This document shows, one piece after another, positions 61,725 through 64,000 of a stretch of DNA of 64,000 nt (positions within the stretch are counted from its first letter, which is position 1; each line of letters begins with the position of its first letter). A program made the position numbers and the translations under genes. Origin of the DNA: Oikopleura dioica (taxonomy: Eukaryota; Animalia; Chordata); contig OU015567.1 in NCBI GenBank assembly GCA_907165135.1, forward strand, positions 10,478,001 to 10,542,000. The letters run 5' to 3'. Under the pieces are notes generated by a model. It was not told the DNA's origin and made no database searches. It was given only the letters and a program-made list of their open reading frames with translations.

Positions 61725-64000
61725 ATGACCGTCAAAATAGAACTTATCGTCCCTTATGGGTACGTTTTAGTCCATTTAAACGCTAGGCAGAGATTTTTAG
61801 GACTCCTCCACACGTAGAAAGAAGATTGATTGAGGAAACGCCGCAAAGTGAGATTGACAAGGAGCCAGCTGAGAAGATCATTAAATACTGGAGCGAAGAA
61901 ATGCTCAAGCAAGATTTTATTATCAAGAAAACGCAGAAGAATTCTCATCGACAATGGTCGATTCTAGTCGCGCCTTCCGATAAGTTCATAAATTTGCACA
62001 AACGTTAATTTTCCTGGATTTAATTTAACAACATGTATTACCGACATTACTGAAGCTTATTTTCAACCTTTCAAGAATGGGATGTCGCTGACAATCGTGC
62101 CCGGGCTCCCTAACGGGACGCTGATTTGCTGCAAACAATACAAAGGAAAGACGTTCTACGGCACTAGTCTCGGAGATTTGCTTTTTGTCGAAGAGGATGG
62201 CCTGGGCGAATGTCTTGCTAGCGGGGCGCCTTCCACAAAACGCCTCAAATTTAATTCGCCAATTTTGAAAATAGATGCTTCCCAAGCTGGACTTGAGACA
62301 AACCTATTGCTTTCAACGAAGAACGGGCTTTATTTAACCCAGTTGCCGGAGCTTGGGTCGTTGCTTCGGTTAGCTTGCATTTTTGAATTTTAAAATTGAA
62401 AACGATCAATTCTCATCTATTCTGTCTATTTTCAGAGCTCCGAAAACGACCCCGCTAAAAACTGTTGCCGATTGTATTTCGATTCAGAAGAGTTGCTTTA
62501 CCTGGTGCTCGGCGCAGGTGATTTACTATGGAGAATTGACTTCCGCTGGATTTCGGAGTCGAAAACTTTCCCATGTCAAATCATATGTTGTTCAATTGGA
62601 GATGAACCTGTCTTATGATATTCTTATCTGTACAAATGGTAAGTAATTAAGAAGCAACTGTTAGTAAAGTTGAATTGAGAATCTATTCTCATCTCAAAAG
62701 AAATGAGCCTGTTGAAATCATCGCCGAAGTGCCTCAATTCTCCGCCACAATCACCGGAGCCTGTTTTGATCGCAGCGCCAATGTCATTTTCACCGACACA
62801 AGCGGTTGTATCAGAATGATAAACCAAGAAGGCGACGCACTCTGGGAAACAACAATGGGTTATCAGGTGATTTTACGGTTACCGAACCAGTTGCGACCGG
62901 AGTATATTGATTTATATAAAAGCAGTCTGAGATGCGAGAATTTTGAATATTTATTATGTTCAACATTAAGCTCTCATTGGTACTATTCTCGATCATCAAT
63001 CAGTGATTGAATCACTGACAATCGGTCTAAAATATGAGTGTTTTAGTCTGGATTTCGACCAGGCAATCTCCTCTATCTTTCTACACGTATTCTATCCCAC
63101 ACGAAATCATCCCTTTGCGCTGTAAACATTCTTGAATCAGACCATTCACCAGTACTCTACAGTATCTCAGGGTCAGTCCAGAACGTGAGCGGCTACGGTG
63201 GCTCCGAATTTATCGTTATTTCTGGTGGAAAGGCGATGAAATCAATCGCCGCTCGGAAATCTGTCCATCGACCGGAACCCAAGCCCAGAATCGAAGAATC
63301 AGAAACGGTCGATTTGGATAAAGCTTTCAGTGCTGCGCGCGGCTTTTTCTCGCAGATCAAGAGACAGGTTTCCAAATCGAAACAGCCTGTGTTCAATAAA
63401 GTCAAGGTAAAAGGATCATTCCAGATTTCTGACTCAGATCAGTTGCTCTTTGAACTTTCTTCTGTAAACTTTGCGACGTCATTTTTTATTAATTTCGAAG
63501 TTAACGAGCAGCGGAAGCTACTGGTTGCAATCCTCTAAAGAATTTCCTTGTAGCAAGTGACAGAGAGCTTATCGCGCGAGATACGACGAGAGATTTTCGA
63601 CGATGAGATTTTCATCAATGAGAGCACCGAAAAAGACGAGAAAGCGGGGCAAATCAATGAGGGCGAAAAAGAGCGTTCAAAGTTGAACACTCCCAGTCCC
63701 ACCCCGCTAGACACAGACACACTTATCATCGAACGTAAAATAAAACCGCAAATCAAGAAGAAAAAGAAAGAGAAAAACGATATTCCCTGCATTCCTCCGC
63801 ACGAGAGCCCTGTTTCCCAAGACGCAGAGAAACAATTACCGATTATTGGAAAATCGACGACAGATATTAACCAGAGAGAAATAAACGCACAAGAGATTGC
63901 CGAAGCAATAAACAAAGCCTGTTTTAAGGTTGACGAAGAAAACTCAACAGAAAGTTCCACTTCAAGCCAATGTGAGTAGATTTAATCAAAAACAGTTCGT
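61725..64000 (+). CDS. Uncharacterised beta-propeller-like gene, copy 2 (runs off the window)
   Basis: Homologue of 24996-27259. Confidence 0.55.

Larger units (their letters stand above)
40382..64000 (+). repeat. Second copy of block 2482-27259 (alternate haplotype placed in tandem, or segmental duplication)
   Basis: Same gene order and orientation, high identity; the length difference is explained by five polymorphic MITEs and small indels; starts exactly at the gap. Confidence 0.95.

Overview
Eukaryotic, extremely compact animal DNA, most consistent with the appendicularian tunicate Oikopleura dioica (inferred from ~35-55 nt introns, GA-AG non-canonical introns, co-oriented operon-like arrays with a splice-acceptor-like tttcag/tttag just upstream of start codons, and many MITEs). 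The supplied ORF track is prokaryote-style (alternative starts, no splicing), so gene models were rebuilt by eye and exon boundaries are approximate. Left contig (1-39881): SNAPC2-like, TTC16 (hosting a nested antisense microgene), a 57-aa microprotein, RPLP1, NDUFS4, ESS2/DGCR14, MPDU1, a secreted repeat protein, a fast-evolving coiled-coil gene, CFAP61 (hosting a nested antisense gene), a degenerate ceramide-kinase-like gene, a structured Pol III-like RNA, two uncharacterised genes, a TRPM channel, MAPKAPK5 and a BRD7/9-like gene. After a 500-N gap, 40382-64000 is a second, slightly diverged copy of 2482-27259 (probably the other haplotype, possibly a real duplication). Comparing the copies exposes the most striking feature: six different non-autonomous TIR elements with clean TSDs. 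Five are present in one copy and absent in the other. Four sit inside coding exons (two in ESS2, one in MAPKAPK5, one in TTC16), and several could be removed as in-frame introns via canonical or GG/GA donors. Two have unusual CTGG...CCAG termini.
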